The notes under the pieces were generated by a model. It ran no database searches, had not been told where the DNA came from, and worked only from the letters and a program-made list of their open reading frames with translations. Both the position numbers and the translations under genes were made by a program. From positions 451,182 to 515,181 of the forward strand of contig CAWKHA010000001.1 in the NCBI GenBank assembly GCA_963849365.1: a DNA stretch of 64,000 nt, in the 5' to 3' direction. This stretch comes from an uncultured Actinomycetota bacterium. GTDB taxonomy: Bacteria > Actinomycetota > Actinomycetes > Prado026. Below, piece after piece: positions 39,480-49,061 of this stretch (within the stretch, counting starts at the first letter, position 1; every line of letters begins with the position of its first letter).

Positions 39480-42400
39480 TTGAAGGTCTTCCTGGCTGGG
39501 CGGGTCGCAGTCGAGACCGACGGGGTCGGGAAGGGGGATGCCCGCTTCCCCGGGCGACAGGGCCGGCTGCTGTTCGCCTACCTGGTGCTGGAGCACGGTC
39601 GGCCGGTGCCGCGGGACGAGCTGGCCGCGGCGCTGTGGGGCGACGTCACGCCCGCGACCTGGGACAAGGCGCTGTCGGTCCTGGTGAGCAAGCTCCGAGC
39701 TCTGCTCGCGTCTGTCGGCATCGACGGTGCGCGCGCGCTCACAAGCGCCTTCGGCTGCTACCGGCTGGACCTGCCGGAAGGTTGCTGGGTCGACGTCGTG
39801 GCTGCCTCGGACGCCGTACGGGACGCCGAACGCGCCCTTGCCGGTGGGGAGCCTGGGCGGGCCCGTGCCGAGGCGGCGCAGGCCGAGGCGTGGCTGGGGG
39901 GGACGTTCCTGCCGGGTGAGACTGCAGACTGGGTCGAGGACCGGCGTCGCGAACTGACGACCCTTCGCGGTCGGACGTTCGACCTCCTCGCCCGGGCGTG
40001 CCTCGCGCTGGGCGAGGCGGGCGACGCGACACGCTGGGCCGAGCAGGCGATCGACCTCGCGCCCTTCCACGAGACGGGCTACCGCCTGCTCATGGAGGCG
40101 CACGCTGTCGCCGGCAACCGCGCCGAGGGGCTGTGTGCGTACGAACAGTGCCGCAAGCTCCTCGCGGACGAGCTCGGCGCCTACCCGTCCCCGGAGACGG
40201 AGGCGCTGCAGCTGCGGCTCCTCGAGGCGCCGACTCCTTCTCCCACCGGTGCCACCGCGGCCCCGGACGTCGTCGGGGACCCGGCGCCGCCGGCGCCGCC
40301 GGCGCAGCCTGACCGGGCATGGGCGCGCCAGCCGCGGGCACCCGAACGGCGTCGGCTCGTCGTCGGTGTCGTGACCGCCGGCCTCGTCATCGGGGCGGGT
40401 GTCGTTGGGGTCGCCTGGGCGACGAGAGACGACCGCCGGCCCGCCGCCCCGATCGCCGACCCGGTCGAGGCGAACTCCGTCATCGCCCTGAACACGTCCG
40501 GTTCGGGACCACGTCGCGTGCAGGTGGGTGCCCACCCCGTGGCGGTCGCGGCTACCGACGGGTCGCTGTGGGTCGCCAACATGGACGACGACAGCGTGAC
40601 CCGCGTCGACGCGACCACGGGGCGCGTGCTGCGATCCATCCCGCTGGGTGGCGTGCCCACGGCGCTCACTGCGACCGGCGACGCGGTCTGGGTGAGCGAC
40701 GAGACCGGCCGGATCATGAGGATCGACCCGGAGTACGACCGCGCCGTGACGGTCCAGCAGCTGGCAGCCGGCTCCATGGCGTCTCGCGGGGTGTCCTGGC
40801 CGATGCTCGCCGGCTTCGGGTCCGTCTGGGTGGCCGATCCCGACGGGTACGTCGCTCGCCTGGACGACGAGACGGGCCGGCAGACGGCATCGGTCGAGGT
40901 GGGCGACGATCCGACGTCGATCGCCACCGGTGCCGGCTCCGTTTGGGTGACCAACGGTGCCGACGGCACGGTCACGCGCATCGACCCGACGACTCTGCTG
41001 GCCAGGACGATCCCGGTGGGTCACGGCCCGGCGGCCGTCGGGGTCAACTCCGCTGGCGCGTGGGTTGCCGACGCCGGCGACGACACCGTGGTGCGGATCG
41101 ACCCGGAGACCGACGCCGTCGCCGCCACGACGCGCGTCGGGGAAGGGGCGGCTGCGGTCCTCGCGACCGATCGCGCCGTGTGGGTCGTCGACAGCCGCGA
41201 CGGCACGGTGCTGACGCTCGACCCCCGCTCCGGCGTCGTGACGCGATCGGTGCACGTCGGCGGCACCCCCACGGCGGTCGCGTCCGCCGCGGGACGGGTG
41301 TGGGTTACCGTGGCCGCCGCGCCCCCCGCCGCTGCGCCGGCAGGAGGTGTCGCGCACCTCACGATGCAGAACGGCCTGCCCTCGCTGGACCCGGCACTGG
41401 GCCTGCCCTACGCCCCGGCTCTGCTCTACGCCACCTGCGCGAACCTCGTCACCTACCCCGACCAGCCCGCTCCCGCGGGGTCGCAGGTCGTGCCCGAGGT
41501 CGCCGAGGCGGTGCCGACCCCCACCGACGGCGGACGGACGTACACCTTCACCATCCGACCGGGGTTCCGGTTCTCGCCCCCGTCGAACCAGCCCGTCACC
41601 GCACAGACATTCAAGTCGACGATCGAGCGGGTGGTCAGCCCGCGGCTCGGGTCGCCACTAGCCAGCCAGTTCAGCAACGTAGTCGGCTACCAGGACTTCG
41701 TCAGCGGCAGGGCGAGCGGGCTGCGGGGCGTCGTGGCCCGTGGCGACATGCTCACGATCATGCTGGCGCACCCGGACGGCGCCGTCATGGCCGACCTCGC
41801 AGGCGGCGCGGCGTGCGCCGTGCCGCCGGGCACACCGGACGCCACGGGTGGGCTCGACGCCGTCCCTTCGGCCGGCCCGTACTTCATCAGCTCGTACACG
41901 CCACGCCAACAGCTCGTGCTGACGCGAAACCCCGGCTACCAGGGCACCCGCCCGCGGAACCTGGACCAGATCGTCGTCGCGATCGGCGTCGACGGTTCCC
42001 GCGCGCTGACCGGGATCGAGGCGGGCACGGCGGACTATGCCCTCGACGGTCTTCCGCGCGACGCGGCGTCGCGGCTGGAGGCGCAGTACGGCCCCAACAG
42101 CCCCGCCGCTCGCGCGGGGCACCAGCAGTACTTCGTCAGCCCCGCCAACGCCACCCTGTGGCTCCACATGAACACGAGTCGGCCGCTCTTCGCCAATGTC
42201 CGCCTGCGCCGAGCGGTCAACGACGCGATCGACCGCGCTGCTCTCGTGGCTCAGGGCGCGCGTTTCGCGGAGGTCAACCCGTTCAACGCCGGGTGGCCTA
42301 CCGACGACCTGATGCCGCCCACGATCGACGGCGCCCCCGACCTGCACCTGTACCCCGTAGCGCGGCCCGACCTCGCCCGGGCGCGTCAGCTGGCCGGCCA

Positions 42401-42899
42401 CGTCCACGCGACGGCGGTCATGTACACGCCGAACCAGTCCCCGTGGCTGGAGGACGCGCAGATCATCCGTGCCAACCTGGAGCCGCTGGGCATCGACGTC
42501 CAGGTGAAGGCGTTCCCGATCGACGACTACTTCGGGCGGATCGGGCGGCGGGACGAACCCTTCGACCTGGCCATGTCCGGCTGGGCCAACGGCACGACTG
42601 ACCCGGGGCAAGTGCTTGCCGTCTTCGACGGCAGCACGATCCAGGCGACGGACAACTCCAACTTCTCCTACGTCGACGACCCGGCGCTCAACCGTCGGCT
42701 GCACGCGGCGGCTGAGCTGTCCGGGCCGGCGCGCTACCGGGCGTACGCCCAGCTCGAGCTGGTGATCGAGCGCGACATCGTGCCCGCTGCCGCGATCGCC
42801 GTCGACGCCAGCCGCGACTTCTTCTCGGCACACGTGGGATGCCAGGTCTACCAGCCGGTCTACGGCATCGACCTGGGGGCGCTGTGCCTGCGCGGCTGA
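39480..42899 (+). CDS. Fusion of SARP/AfsR-family winged-helix + BTAD regulator, one TM helix, a YVTN/NHL-like beta-propeller and an SBP_bac_5 (peptide/oligosaccharide-binding) domain
   Basis: Domains read from the translation: OmpR-type wHTH and BTAD about aa 1-265; Pro/Ala linker; TM RRRLVVGVVTAGLVIGAGVVGVAWA; repeated …VGxxPxAVAxxxGxxWVxxxxDxTVxRIDP… blades; then a DppA/OppA-like domain (…GRTYTFTIRPGFRFS…). The TTG start at 39480 has a GGGGAGG box 5 nt upstream; an in-frame ATG lies at 39450. Confidence 0.75.
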   Translation: MKVFLAGRVAVETDGVGKGDARFPGRQGRLLFAYLVLEHGRPVPRDELAAALWGDVTPATWDKALSVLVSKLRALLASVGIDGARALTSAFGCYRLDLPEGCWVDVVAASDAVRDAERALAGGEPGRARAEAAQAEAWLGGTFLPGETADWVEDRRRELTTLRGRTFDLLARACLALGEAGDATRWAEQAIDLAPFHETGYRLLMEAHAVAGNRAEGLCAYEQCRKLLADELGAYPSPETEALQLRLLEAPTPSPTGATAAPDVVGDPAPPAPPAQPDRAWARQPRAPERRRLVVGVVTAGLVIGAGVVGVAWATRDDRRPAAPIADPVEANSVIALNTSGSGPRRVQVGAHPVAVAATDGSLWVANMDDDSVTRVDATTGRVLRSIPLGGVPTALTATGDAVWVSDETGRIMRIDPEYDRAVTVQQLAAGSMASRGVSWPMLAGFGSVWVADPDGYVARLDDETGRQTASVEVGDDPTSIATGAGSVWVTNGADGTVTRIDPTTLLARTIPVGHGPAAVGVNSAGAWVADAGDDTVVRIDPETDAVAATTRVGEGAAAVLATDRAVWVVDSRDGTVLTLDPRSGVVTRSVHVGGTPTAVASAAGRVWVTVAAAPPAAAPAGGVAHLTMQNGLPSLDPALGLPYAPALLYATCANLVTYPDQPAPAGSQVVPEVAEAVPTPTDGGRTYTFTIRPGFRFSPPSNQPVTAQTFKSTIERVVSPRLGSPLASQFSNVVGYQDFVSGRASGLRGVVARGDMLTIMLAHPDGAVMADLAGGAACAVPPGTPDATGGLDAVPSAGPYFISSYTPRQQLVLTRNPGYQGTRPRNLDQIVVAIGVDGSRALTGIEAGTADYALDGLPRDAASRLEAQYGPNSPAARAGHQQYFVSPANATLWLHMNTSRPLFANVRLRRAVNDAIDRAALVAQGARFAEVNPFNAGWPTDDLMPPTIDGAPDLHLYPVARPDLARARQLAGHVHATAVMYTPNQSPWLEDAQIIRANLEPLGIDVQVKAFPIDDYFGRIGRRDEPFDLAMSGWANGTTDPGQVLAVFDGSTIQATDNSNFSYVDDPALNRRLHAAAELSGPARYRAYAQLELVIERDIVPAAAIAVDASRDFFSAHVGCQVYQPVYGIDLGALCLRG

Positions 42900-43045
42900 C
42901 CTGCGGCTCGCCGCACCCGAGCGGTGATCGGAGTCATCGATAGGGCCTCTGAACCGCGGAAACGCTCTGACCTGCGGCGACGCGGGCCAGTGGGTGCTTG
43001 CTCTACTCTCGTACAGATCCCCACCGAGCGCACGAGAGGGCTTTC

Positions 43046-45787
43046 ATGGCGGGCCCTCTGGTCGCGACCAAGCTGTTCATCCCCAGGCTCCGGCGCAGTG
43101 TGGTGGCCCGGCCCCGACTGAGCGAACGGCTGAAGCGGGGAGCGGAGTCGAGGCTGACGCTCATCTCTGCCCCGGCCGGCTGCGGCAAGACGACGCTGCT
43201 CGCCGAGTGGCTGGCTCCCGTAGCAGCGGAGAACCGGTCCGTGGCGTGGCTCTCTCTCGACGAGAGCGACAGCCAGGCGGCCTCGTTCTGGACGTACGTG
43301 ATCGCCGCCCTGCAGACGGTCGTGCCGGGCGTCGGCGCCGGCACGCTCCCGCTGCTGCAGACGGCCCAGACGCCGATCGACGCGGTCCTTGCCGCCTTGC
43401 TCAACGACCTCAACGCTGTGCCGGACGAGATCCACCTGGTGCTCGATGACTACCACCTCGCCGATGCGCGCGACGTGCAGGACGGGATGGCCTTCCTGCT
43501 GGAGCACCTACCCCCACAGGTACACCTGGTGATCGCCAGCCGCGCGGACCCGGCTCTGCCGCTGGCGCGGTTGCGGGCGCGTGGCGAGCTGGTCGAGGTC
43601 CGCGCCGCCGATCTGCGCTTCACCCCCGAGGAGGCCGCGGCGTACCTCAACGAGGTGATGGGACTGGCACTGACGGCGCAGGATGTCGCAGCGCTCGAGG
43701 CCCGCACGGAAGGATGGATCGCCGCGCTCCAGCTGGCGGCGCTCTCGATGCAGGGACGCGACGACGTCGCCGCGTTCATCGCCGGCTTCGCCGGGGATGA
43801 CCGCTACATCGTGGACTACCTGGCGGAAGAGGTTCTGGGGCGCCAGCCCACCGAGGTCAGGGGCTTCCTGTTGCGGACCTCCATCCTGGAACGGCTCAGC
43901 GGCCCGCTCAGCGACGCCGTCCTCGGCCGTGACGGCGGCAGGGCTGCGCTGGTGGCGCTCGAGCGGGCGAACCTGTTCCTGGTGCCGCTGGATGACCGCC
44001 GCCAGTGGTACCGCTACCACCACCTCTTCGCGGACGTCCTGCAGGCACACCTGCTGGAGGAGCACGGCGACGAGGTCCCGGAGCTGCACCGACGGGCGAG
44101 CGTGTGGTTCGAGCACAACGCCGAGCCTTCCGAGGCGATCCGGCACGCGCTGAGCGGCAACGACTTCGCCCGAGCCGCGGACCTGATGGAGCTGGCCATC
44201 CCGGCGTTGCGCCGGAACCGGCAGGAGGCCCAGATCCGTAGCTGGGTTGGGAGGCTGCCCGACGAGGTGGTCCAGGTCCGCCCGGTGCTCGGCATGGGCT
44301 TCGTCGGAGCACTGGCGTCGGGCAGCGAGTTCGACAGCGTCGAGAAACGGCTCCAAGACATCGAGCGTTTCGTCCGCCCGCCGACATCTACCGGCGCCCG
44401 GCCGGAGCCACCCCCGCCGGAGGCGGTGGTGGTCGACGAGGAGGAGTACCAGCGCTTGCCCGGCGGCATCGAGATGTACCGGGCCGCGCTGGACCTCGCC
44501 CGCGGAGACCTGGACGGCACCGTCGCGCACGCCCAGCAGGCGATGGCGCTGGCCCCTCCGGACGACGACCTCATCCGGGCCGGAGCGGCCGGCCTCTGGG
44601 GGCTGGCGTCGTGGACGACCGGGGACCTCGAGGCCGCATACCAGGCGTACGTCGAGTGTGTGGCAGGGTTGCAGCGAGTCGGGTTCGTGTCCGACGTCCT
44701 GGGGTGCAGCACCACACTGGCGGACATCCGGCGCACCCAGGGCCGCCTCAGCGACGCTCTACGCACCTGCGAGTCGGCACTCGAGCTGGCATCACCGGAG
44801 CCGGGTGTGCCGCCGCCGCGGGGCACGGCGGACATGCACGTGGGAATCAGCGAAGTCCTGCTCGAGCGCGACGACCGGGCCGGCGCGGCGCTGCACCTGT
44901 CCCGAAGCCAGCAGCTCGGTGAGCCCAACGGGCTACCGCGGAACCCGTACCGGTGGCGCGTCGCGATGGCTCGGCTATGGGAAGCCGAAGGCGACCTTGA
45001 CGGTGCGCTCGAGCTGCTGGACGAGGCGGACCGCGTCTACGACGGGGACTACGCCCCGAACGTGCGGCCGGTCCCGGCGGTGCGCGCACGGCTGCGGATC
45101 AGGCGCGGCGAGCTGGACGCCGCCGTCGAGTGGGCGCGTGAGCGACAGCTCTCCCCGGACGACGAGCTGTCCTACCTGCGCGAGTTCGAGCATCTCACCC
45201 TCACCCGCCTGCTGCTCGCCCGGCACGCCACCGAGCGGACAGGACCGTTCCTCGACGAGGCGACCGACCTGCTGACGCGCCTGCTGGGCGAAGCCGAACA
45301 GGGTGGGCGCAACGGGAGCGTCCTCGAGATCCTCGTCCTGCAGGCGCTGGCCCACCATGCTCGGGGAGACGTCGCTGCCGCGCTCGCCCCGCTGCAACGC
45401 GCCCTGACACTGGCCGAGCCGGAGCGCTACGTACGGCTGTTCGCGGACGCAGGCCCGCCGATGGCCGCCCTGCTGAGTGTGCTCGCCAAGCAGGGAACGG
45501 CAGCCGCGTACATCCGTCGGCTGAGGGCCGCCACCACCGGGACCGAGTTCCGCACGCCCGTCACGCAAGCACTGGTCGAGCCGCTCAGCCAGCGCGAGCT
45601 TGAGGTGCTCCGGCTGCTCGGGACCGACCTGGACGGGCCGGCCATGGCTCGTCAGCTCGTGGTGTCGCTGAACACCGTGCGGACCCACACCAAGAACATC
45701 TACGCCAAGCTCGGCGTCAACAGCCGGCGCGCGGCGGTACGTCGCGCCGGGGAGCTCAACCTGTTGTCGCGCACCCGCGAACGTTGA
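43046..45787 (+). CDS. LAL-family (MalT-like) large ATP-binding LuxR-type transcriptional regulator
   Basis: Walker A motif (APAGCGKTT), a long TPR-like middle region and a C-terminal LuxR HTH (…LSQRELEVLRLL…VSLNTVRTHTKNIYAKLGV…). ATG at 43046 with a GAGAGGG box. Confidence 0.8.
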   Translation: MAGPLVATKLFIPRLRRSVVARPRLSERLKRGAESRLTLISAPAGCGKTTLLAEWLAPVAAENRSVAWLSLDESDSQAASFWTYVIAALQTVVPGVGAGTLPLLQTAQTPIDAVLAALLNDLNAVPDEIHLVLDDYHLADARDVQDGMAFLLEHLPPQVHLVIASRADPALPLARLRARGELVEVRAADLRFTPEEAAAYLNEVMGLALTAQDVAALEARTEGWIAALQLAALSMQGRDDVAAFIAGFAGDDRYIVDYLAEEVLGRQPTEVRGFLLRTSILERLSGPLSDAVLGRDGGRAALVALERANLFLVPLDDRRQWYRYHHLFADVLQAHLLEEHGDEVPELHRRASVWFEHNAEPSEAIRHALSGNDFARAADLMELAIPALRRNRQEAQIRSWVGRLPDEVVQVRPVLGMGFVGALASGSEFDSVEKRLQDIERFVRPPTSTGARPEPPPPEAVVVDEEEYQRLPGGIEMYRAALDLARGDLDGTVAHAQQAMALAPPDDDLIRAGAAGLWGLASWTTGDLEAAYQAYVECVAGLQRVGFVSDVLGCSTTLADIRRTQGRLSDALRTCESALELASPEPGVPPPRGTADMHVGISEVLLERDDRAGAALHLSRSQQLGEPNGLPRNPYRWRVAMARLWEAEGDLDGALELLDEADRVYDGDYAPNVRPVPAVRARLRIRRGELDAAVEWARERQLSPDDELSYLREFEHLTLTRLLLARHATERTGPFLDEATDLLTRLLGEAEQGGRNGSVLEILVLQALAHHARGDVAAALAPLQRALTLAEPERYVRLFADAGPPMAALLSVLAKQGTAAAYIRRLRAATTGTEFRTPVTQALVEPLSQRELEVLRLLGTDLDGPAMARQLVVSLNTVRTHTKNIYAKLGVNSRRAAVRRAGELNLLSRTRER

Positions 45788-45949
45788 CCCGGGGCATGCC
45801 GCGGGGGTACCCCCTTGATCGAAGATCACCACGCCGCTCACCACATGTAGTGATGTCTCCTCACCACATCTGCTCGTAACTTGCCGCCATCCCAAGGGAC
45901 CGCCAAGCCGGCGGAGACACCTGCGGGCAGCAAGGCAAGAGGAGTACCG

Positions 45950-46237
45950 ATGAGCGACACGTCAGCCGGCCACCCGACGAGGTCCGGGCGATACGAGTTC
46001 CGTATCAAGGGGCACCTCGGCTCCCGCTGGACCACCTGGTTCGACGGGATGACCCTCACCACCAGGAGCGACGGCACCACCGTCATCGAAGGCCCCGTCG
46101 TGGACCAGGCCGCCTTGCACGGAGTGCTGAGCAAGCTGCGCGACCTCGGCCTGCCGCTGCTCTCCGTCACCCAGCTCGACCCCGACCAATCGACGTGCAA
46201 GCCACCGAACCCCCACCACTCAGACCCGGGAGACTGA
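45950..46237 (+). CDS. Conserved small hypothetical protein
   Basis: ATG at 45950 with AGGAG 6 nt upstream. The sequence is protein-like (…YEFRIKGHLGSRWTTWFDGMTLT…PVVDQAALHGVLSKLRDLGLPLLSV…). No family recognised. Confidence 0.5.
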   Translation: MSDTSAGHPTRSGRYEFRIKGHLGSRWTTWFDGMTLTTRSDGTTVIEGPVVDQAALHGVLSKLRDLGLPLLSVTQLDPDQSTCKPPNPHHSDPGD

Positions 46238-46238
46238 C

Positions 46239-47012
46239 ATGACCACCACCATCGAACGAACCACAGCCGCACCGCGAGCACCGATGACTTCGACGAGGAA
46301 GACCGCGCTCGTCGCAGGTGTCTTCTACCTGATCACCTTCATCTCGATCCCCACACTGGCCCTCTACGGCCCGGTGAAGACCAATCCTGACTTCATCCTC
46401 GGCTCCGGCACCGGCACCGGCGTGCTCTGGGGCTGCTTCCTCGAGGTGATCGTCGCCCTGGCCGGCATCGGCACCGCCGTCACACTGTTCCCGGTGGTCA
46501 AGCGGCAGAACGAGGGCATGGCGCTCGGCTTCGTCGCCGTGCGGACGCTCGAGGCAGCCATGATCTTCACCGGTGTCGTGAGCCTCCTCTCGCTCGTGCA
46601 CCTGCGCCAGGGACTCGGCGCAGCGGCCGGGGCGGACTCGGGCTCGCTCGTCACCACCGGCGCGTCGCTCGTCGAGATCTACAAAGGGACGTTCCTCCTC
46701 GGACAGACCCTCATGCCTTGCTTGAGCGCGCTCCTGCTGGGCACCTTGATGTACCGATCAGGCCTCGTGCCGCGGGCCATCCCCCTGATGGGACTCATCG
46801 GAGCCCCGCTGCTCATCACCTCCACCATCGCGGTGCTGTTCGGCGTCATCGAGCCGATCTCCGCGTGGTCGGCGATCGCGACCCTCCCGGTGGCCTTGTG
46901 GGAGCTGTCGCTCGGCATCTGGTTGACGTTCAAGGGCTTCAAGCCCTCCCCCATCACCGCCGGCATGGTCCCCGCCAGCCCCCCGCCCGCCTACAGCGAC
47001 GTCAGCGCCTGA
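46239..47012 (+). CDS. DUF4386-family membrane protein
   Basis: N-terminus …KTALVAGVFYLITFISIPTLALY… is characteristic of DUF4386, followed by several TM helices. Confidence 0.65.
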   Translation: MTTTIERTTAAPRAPMTSTRKTALVAGVFYLITFISIPTLALYGPVKTNPDFILGSGTGTGVLWGCFLEVIVALAGIGTAVTLFPVVKRQNEGMALGFVAVRTLEAAMIFTGVVSLLSLVHLRQGLGAAAGADSGSLVTTGASLVEIYKGTFLLGQTLMPCLSALLLGTLMYRSGLVPRAIPLMGLIGAPLLITSTIAVLFGVIEPISAWSAIATLPVALWELSLGIWLTFKGFKPSPITAGMVPASPPPAYSDVSA

Positions 47013-47020
47013 CGATCCAC

Positions 47021-47055
47021 GACAGGGCCGGGCCCACCCAGGGCCCGGCCCTGTC
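47021..47055 (+). terminator. Perfect 15-bp stem hairpin GACAGGGCCGGGCCC-accca-GGGCCCGGCCCTGTC, 9 nt after the DUF4386 stop
   Basis: Read directly from the sequence. Confidence 0.55.
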
Positions 47056-47260
47056 CACGGGGGTCGACGAGCTCTCGTCGGGCTCAGCCACGAGGACCTC
47101 GGCGAAGTCGCAACGAGACTCAACGGGCAGCCTCGACAGACCCTCAGCTTCATGACACCGTAGTAACGCCTGGCAGCCTCGCAACGAAGCAACCTCTGCA
47201 CGTGACGCGCGTGAGTGACACCCGATTGCCGCCTGGCCCCGGGCCGCCAGCAGGAGAGCG

Positions 47261-48614
47261 ATGCCCGACCCTTCTGGTCTCGTGGGTGGCACCCCCACCG
47301 CCCACCCGTCTGTGCCACCCTCCGCCGGTCTGAACGCAATGGCCTACCCAGCCGCGGCTGAGACCGAGGCGGAGCCTGAGTCACCGGCGGTACACCGGGT
47401 CGGATGGGGTTTCATCTCGCTGTACACGTTGGCGTACATGAGCACCTGCCTGGTGTTCCTCGCTCCCGCGCTGGTCACATTGGCGCTGAAGGTCAACTCA
47501 CTCGTCGGGATCGAACAGGCACCGAGAAGCTTGGCACTGGTCACCGGCATCGGTGCCCTGGTGGCCATGTTCGGCAATCCGTTCTTCGGCAGGATGAGCG
47601 ACCGCACGTCGTCGCAGTGGGGCATGCGGCGGCCCTGGATGGTCACGGGCCTGGTGGGCGGTTCCCTCGGCATCCTCATCGTCGCGCTGGCACCCGGCAT
47701 CCCGGTCGTCCTCTTCGGCTGGTGCATCGCACAGCTGCTCTTCAACGCGCTGCTCGCCGCCATGGTGGCCGTCCTGCCAGACCAGGTCCCGGCCGCTCAA
47801 CGCGGCCAGGTCTCGGGTGTCCTGGGCGTCTGTCTGCCCCTCGCAGCGGTGAGCGGCACCTTCCTGGTCCAGCTGTTCACCGGCAACCAGCTCACCATGT
47901 TCCTGGCCCCATGCGCCATCGGCGGGTTCTTCATCCTGCTCTTCGCGGTCGCCCTGAAGGATCGCCGACTCGACAAGGCGGTCACAGCACCCTGGTCGCT
48001 GCGGGAATTCGCTCAGCACGTTCTACGTCGACCCCGCGCAAGAGCCCGGACTTCGCCTGGGCCTTCGCCAGCCGCTTCATGTTCGTTCTGGCCTATGCCT
48101 TCCTGGCGACCTACCAGGCCTACTACCTGCTGGACAAGATCGGCAGCGCCGAGGCCGACGGTGCCGCACCAGATCTTCCTCGGCACACTGGTCCAGTCCG
48201 TGGTTCTCGTCGTCGCTTCCCTCGTCGGCTGGCAAGCTGTCCGACCTGACTGGCCGACGGAAGATCTTCGTCCTCACCGCTTCGATCGTGTACGGCTTGG
48301 CGATGTTCGTGGTCGCCATCGCGAGCAGCTTCAACGGTTTCCTCGTCGGCATGGCCATCGGCGGACTCGGCTTCGGCATGTACATGGCCGTAGACCTCGC
48401 GCTCGTCGCCGACGTGCTGCCGAACAATGACAACGTCGCCAAGGATCTCGGGGTGTTCAACATCGCCGGCGCACTTCCCTTTGCCATCGCGCCGGCGATC
48501 GCCCCGGCCGTCCTGGCGTTCGGCGGCGGCAGCTACGGCGTGCTGTACGCGGTCGCCGGAGTGTGCGCGATCGTCGGAGCCTTCGCCATCCTGCCCGTCA
48601 AAGGCGTCCGTTGA
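47261..48614 (+). pseudogene. MFS transporter disrupted by about 4 single-nucleotide frameshifts
   Basis: MFS-like translation runs in the 47261 frame to about 48015. It shifts to another frame (…FYVDP), then a third (…RKSPDFAWAFASRFMFVLAY…AEADG) near 48030, and back near 48160 (…VPHQIFLGTLVQSVVLVVASLVG). Near 48227 it shifts again (GKLSDLTGRRKIFVLTASIVYGLAMFVV…), ending at 48614. Confidence 0.5.
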
Positions 48615-49061
48615 GCGCTCACATCGACGATCCGTGACCCCACGCAACCCGAACTCCAAGTGAGGTGGAACCACCTGGTGCGAGATCGTCGCGGACGGTG
48701 AGCTTTCGGGCTCGCACAAGCCTCTGACCTGCGAAAGTGGATCTCCTGCCCCGGCTGGACTGAGAACCCATGCCCGACGGGCAGGGCACGACGACGTCCC
48801 GAGCCCCTGCGCCCCTTTCTTGGCGGTCTAGAAACTGCGAAGACGTACTCCGCCGGGGTGTCCAGGTGCTCTTGCGCCGACCGAGGTGGCCGGTCGGCAG
48901 CGCCCCCCGTCCCCCTGATCTACCCCGGGTGAGCGGTGGTTCAGGTTCGTCCCCGGTCGTGTCGATGGAAGCGATGGCCGACTGACAGGGGCGCGCGAGT
49001 GGACTCCGGCAGCGAGACGAAGGTGCCTGGCCCACCGGCACGGTCCAAGGCCGCGGTCCGG

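Noticed and set aside
48615-49061. Possible riboswitch or structured leader in the long region upstream of the acyltransferase-3 gene
   Set aside because: Only short imperfect hairpins and no recognisable riboswitch consensus. Part of the region may in fact be the true N-terminus or leader of the acyltransferase.
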